Assembly: GCA_964404265.1 (NCBI GenBank) | Contig: CAYOJG010000001.1 | Location: 59,112-118,159, forward strand | Length of the DNA stretch: 59,048 nt | Reading direction: 5' to 3' | From: an uncultured Desulfurococcaceae archaeon | GTDB lineage: Archaea > Thermoproteota > Thermoprotei_A > Sulfolobales > NBVN01 | Shown: positions 55,931 to 59,048 of the stretch, one piece after another | Layout: each line of letters starts with the position of its first letter | How positions within the stretch are numbered: position 1 is the stretch's first letter | The notes under the pieces: model-generated | Databases searched by the model: none | Told to the model about the DNA's origin: nothing | What the model saw: only the letters and a program-made list of their open reading frames with translations | Made by a program: the position numbers and the translations under genes

Positions 55931-58891
55931 TTATTTCTTTTTCAGTGCGAACCCTATCAGTGCTCCGACTACTAGACCGACCAGCAGCAGTATTCCTGCC
56001 ATAGTCCAGTCAGTCTGGACTACGGGAACTGTGGTAGGCACCTGCTGAGTGAAGGTTGTTGTCACGGTGTTGGTCTTGTACTGGGTTGTCGTGTAGGTCG
56101 TTGTCTTCGTGACTGTTACAGTGCCTGTTCCTGGCGGTGTCGTCGTCGTGGTCGTTGTCGTGGTAGTTGTGGTTGTCGTGGTTATAGCACCTGTGCTCAC
56201 CAGCTCTAAGTTCTTAATGACGCTGATACCTGACCTCGGGCTACCGATTATGAACTGGAGCATGTAGGCTCCTGCCTGGCTCATGTAATCACTGGTGAAG
56301 TCACTCGGCAGCTTGATCTGGTACCTGCCAGGCGAGCTGAGCGTTATTGCGTCCTCAGGCAACGGAGCTATATACACAGTTCCGTTCTCAGTTACCTTAT
56401 ACAGGTTTGCGTAGATCACTGCATCAGTCGGGTCTTCCTCGGAGAATGTTGGCAGTATTCTATACAGCTTAGTCCTCAACACCCATGAGTACTCCTGCCC
56501 AGGCACGACAAGTGAGGGTACAGTGCCCTCGAAGCCAACGAAGGCAGGTACGTACAGCTCGAACTGGGTGTTCCAGTATCCTGGACCATACACATAGTCA
56601 TTGAACCACTTCATCACCAGCGTGTTGCTGTTGGGGTCATAAGAGTCCACATAGAACGGACCGTTGCTTATCATTGCATGGTTGTGGGCATCGATGAAGG
56701 CTATTGACAGCTCGTAGTCGTCAGTGCTTGCAGAGATGCCTGGGAACTCTGTTATGTACTTAGGTATAAAGCCTCTGTACACGAACTCCTCCATTTTCGC
56801 CTTTATGTCCTTAGCGTGCTGCGGGTTGATGAAGCTTATGCCCACAGTCTGTCCTTCTCTGTCGGTCCATCCGTAAGGCAGTGTCTGGCCTGTGCCGACA
56901 GCTCCAGAAGCCACCAGCTCCTCGGCAGCTGCCTGAACTGTCCAAGCAACGTCTGGCCATATGATTGCCTGATCAGCAATCAGGACATCGTATACATCCA
57001 AGTAGGAGATGTATACCTCCATAGCTGTCGCATTAATTACCTTGATACCTCTTATTATATACATTGAATATCCTGCAGCCTCCTCGACCTCTGGGTCGTA
57101 GTATGGGTCTGTTGTTGTGTTGGTTGATTCGTCGCTTGTCCACTCCCATAGGAATCCATACCAGTACACTACGTCAGCCATTGAGACGGGTCTGCCGTCA
57201 TGCCACTTACCGAAGTTGAAGTTAACGACGACCTTCTGTATCGGGTCACCGAAAGGTCCTTCAGTCTCTCCAGCGTACAGAGGCTCCCACTTCTTATCCT
57301 TCGGGTTAAACACTAAAGCATCGTCAGGCACGGTCACATCGTATGTGACCTTGTATGACTTGACCCTTATCGGGACGGGCATGCCGTTAATCGGTGAGGA
57401 GTAGAAGTCGAAGTCCCTCACCAGCCTGCCCATCAGCTCGCTGTAGACATCATTGAAGCCTAGCACTGTGTTCCAGGCGCTCATAAAGAGAGCACCCTGA
57501 GACGAGTACTCCACTATAGTTGCTTTGCCGTCAGTTGTCTGGAGGGTTCTCAGTGCCCAAGGTGTCCAGATACCGCTGGCAACACCGGGGACGAGCTGAG
57601 TCACCCTATCCCTGTTAACGGGAGCAAACTCCCAGTTCTCAGTTACGAAGACTCTTGGGGCTCTTAAGAGACCCGCCTTTAGGGCTTTCTCCATTAGTGC
57701 CCATAGTTCGTCCACGTTCTGCTGTGTGTATGAGCCGTAGTATAGCTGTACACCCCAGTTGTATTCTGTGCTGTTGAACCAGTACCACCAAGACTTGACC
57801 CTGTGGTTGGGTCCGTAGCCTCTCAGTGGTGAGTAGAAGAAGGCAATGTCGTACCTGCCCCATACGTCAATGTCTTCACCCATGGAGACCCAACCCTCTG
57901 TGTAGAGGGTCCATACTATGCCTCCAAGGGTTTCTGAAGTTGTTACCGGGTTGGTGCCGTAGATAATGGGTGTTACGACGGACCTCTCCCTCTCTATCCT
58001 GACTACTTTGATGTTCCATATTTTCTCCATCCAGGTGGATATTTGTCTACCTACCTCTAGCCTTTCGTCCTCAACTCTAATCACGAAGTAGACAGTTATC
58101 GGTTCCTCGCTGCCGTCAGGTTTCTTTAAGTACCAGTACTTCCCTGTGGGTGAGCTTGAGTCGTCCTTCAGATATAGATCGAAGCCGTAGTTCTGCAGAA
58201 CTGACTTCGCGTTAGCCATAGCCTCCTCAAACATCTGCTTAGCCTTATCCTGATCACCGGCAGGTGTCAGGCCGAGGTCATCGTAAACATGCTTCAACCT
58301 CGGGTAGGCAGGGTGAGAAGGCCTGATCGCGCCTAAAGCAGCAGCTGCAGAACCGCCATAGATTGTCCTAACTATTAGGTCTCTATTGATCAGAAAGTTT
58401 AGTGCGTACCTTATTTCACCAATTCCGAACGGGTTGAAATGAACCTTGCTCCAGTCAGTTATGTCGGTTATGTTGACCCAGTTGCTGTTAAAGTCTGTTG
58501 GTGAGTCCCAGTAAATCAGTCCGGGTAGCCAGGTCCCTGTAATGTTATAGTCAAGCTGCTCCACATATCCTGGCCCATTCGGGTCGATGACGTTCGCAGC
58601 AGGGTTAAGAGCTATGTCAACGTAGGTCGTTGTCGACCTAATCAGTTTCATCTTACCCAACACTGTGGGGTCTAGGTCCTGGTACTGAGGTAGCGGTGAT
58701 GACCAGGCGAAAGCGTCTGCGTCACCGTTCGCCACCTCTAATATTGCCGCATCCCTGTTCAGCCTGACCTTCCAAGTTATTTCGGTTACTGGCTGTCCAG
58801 CCTGCGCTTGGGTTGGTGTCGCCGTAAACGGAATTACGGAGAGCACCAACAGTATAAGTACTAATATAGGTGCAAGACTACCTTTATTCAT
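55931..58891 (-). CDS. extracellular solute-binding protein (family 5, Opp/Dpp-type) with Thr-rich linker and C-terminal TM anchor
   Basis: 986 aa. N-terminal signal/anchor segment, a large soluble domain, a run of about 15 Thr then a T/V/P-rich linker, a hydrophobic segment and a final KKK. First gene of the ABC operon. Confidence 0.65.
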   Translation of the reverse strand: MNKGSLAPILVLILLVLSVIPFTATPTQAQAGQPVTEITWKVRLNRDAAILEVANGDADAFAWSSPLPQYQDLDPTVLGKMKLIRSTTTYVDIALNPAANVIDPNGPGYVEQLDYNITGTWLPGLIYWDSPTDFNSNWVNITDITDWSKVHFNPFGIGEIRYALNFLINRDLIVRTIYGGSAAAALGAIRPSHPAYPRLKHVYDDLGLTPAGDQDKAKQMFEEAMANAKSVLQNYGFDLYLKDDSSSPTGKYWYLKKPDGSEEPITVYFVIRVEDERLEVGRQISTWMEKIWNIKVVRIERERSVVTPIIYGTNPVTTSETLGGIVWTLYTEGWVSMGEDIDVWGRYDIAFFYSPLRGYGPNHRVKSWWYWFNSTEYNWGVQLYYGSYTQQNVDELWALMEKALKAGLLRAPRVFVTENWEFAPVNRDRVTQLVPGVASGIWTPWALRTLQTTDGKATIVEYSSQGALFMSAWNTVLGFNDVYSELMGRLVRDFDFYSSPINGMPVPIRVKSYKVTYDVTVPDDALVFNPKDKKWEPLYAGETEGPFGDPIQKVVVNFNFGKWHDGRPVSMADVVYWYGFLWEWTSDESTNTTTDPYYDPEVEEAAGYSMYIIRGIKVINATAMEVYISYLDVYDVLIADQAIIWPDVAWTVQAAAEELVASGAVGTGQTLPYGWTDREGQTVGISFINPQHAKDIKAKMEEFVYRGFIPKYITEFPGISASTDDYELSIAFIDAHNHAMISNGPFYVDSYDPNSNTLVMKWFNDYVYGPGYWNTQFELYVPAFVGFEGTVPSLVVPGQEYSWVLRTKLYRILPTFSEEDPTDAVIYANLYKVTENGTVYIAPLPEDAITLSSPGRYQIKLPSDFTSDYMSQAGAYMLQFIIGSPRSGISVIKNLELVSTGAITTTTTTTTTTTTTTTPPGTGTVTVTKTTTYTTTQYKTNTVTTTFTQQVPTTVPVVQTDWTMAGILLLVGLVVGALIGFALKKK
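56138..56182 (-). repeat. poly-threonine codon run (ACN x15) in the binding-protein linker
   Basis: Top strand tgt cgt cgt cgt ggt cgt tgt cgt ggt agt tgt ggt tgt cgt ggt, counted by hand. Confidence 0.85.
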
Positions 58892-59048
58892 AAGGTCACC
58901 TCATATAACGAATAATCTCCTTCCCTTTTAAGTGTTACTTAATGAAGGATATATTAACTTAATATAAATAAGCTAAAAATAAAAATTATTGATTAAAGGA
59001 ATTTAATTTAATCGAATTCCTGTAAATTAATCAAGTAAAATATCTCAT

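Noticed and set aside
56040-56182. The repetitive gtcgt/ggttgt tract looked like a tandem DNA repeat.
   Set aside because: It is a codon-level poly-Thr/T-V-P linker inside the binding-protein ORF with mixed synonymous codons. It is not a unit-length tandem repeat or a CRISPR-like array.

Overview
This is a densely coded 59 kb chromosomal window, about 65 CDS, from a hyperthermophilic crenarchaeon. The Desulfurococcales-like assignment is an inference from gene content and roughly 45% GC. Most of the window is housekeeping.

- **Left part:** AdoHcy hydrolase, H+-pyrophosphatase and EF-2.
- **Minus-strand superoperon:** the archaeal 'exosome superoperon' runs psmA, SBDS, Rrp4, Rrp41, Rrp42, L37Ae, Brix, Pcc1, prefoldin beta, a small ORF (tentatively DUF3194-like), DHH and XPF.
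- **Middle:** a complete archaeal phosphopantothenate/CoA cluster (panB, panE, pantoate kinase, phosphopantothenate synthetase, CoaBC).
- **Right part:** an ABC-2 exporter, AglB, the HMG-CoA synthase/thiolase/DUF35 operon and an Opp/Dpp-type ABC importer.

The stand-out locus is 20.3-21.65 kb. Two small GC-rich islands there assemble by hand into a textbook initiator tRNA-Met (A1:U72, GGG:CCC anticodon stem, CAU). The gene is interrupted by a ~1.2 kb intervening sequence that carries a double-motif LAGLIDADG endonuclease ORF. It also has a short intron at the canonical 37/38 site and a 24-nt T-loop intron.

This locus sits at the centre of abrupt, alternating blocks of extreme strand composition (G+T-rich, then A+C-rich, then the tRNA/ORF, then G+T-rich, then A+C-rich). 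These blocks cut through coding regions and reshape the C-termini of the two convergent flanking genes.

No rRNA genes, CRISPR arrays, transposases or integrases were seen. All calls are by eye from the sequence and ORF track, and no database search was possible.
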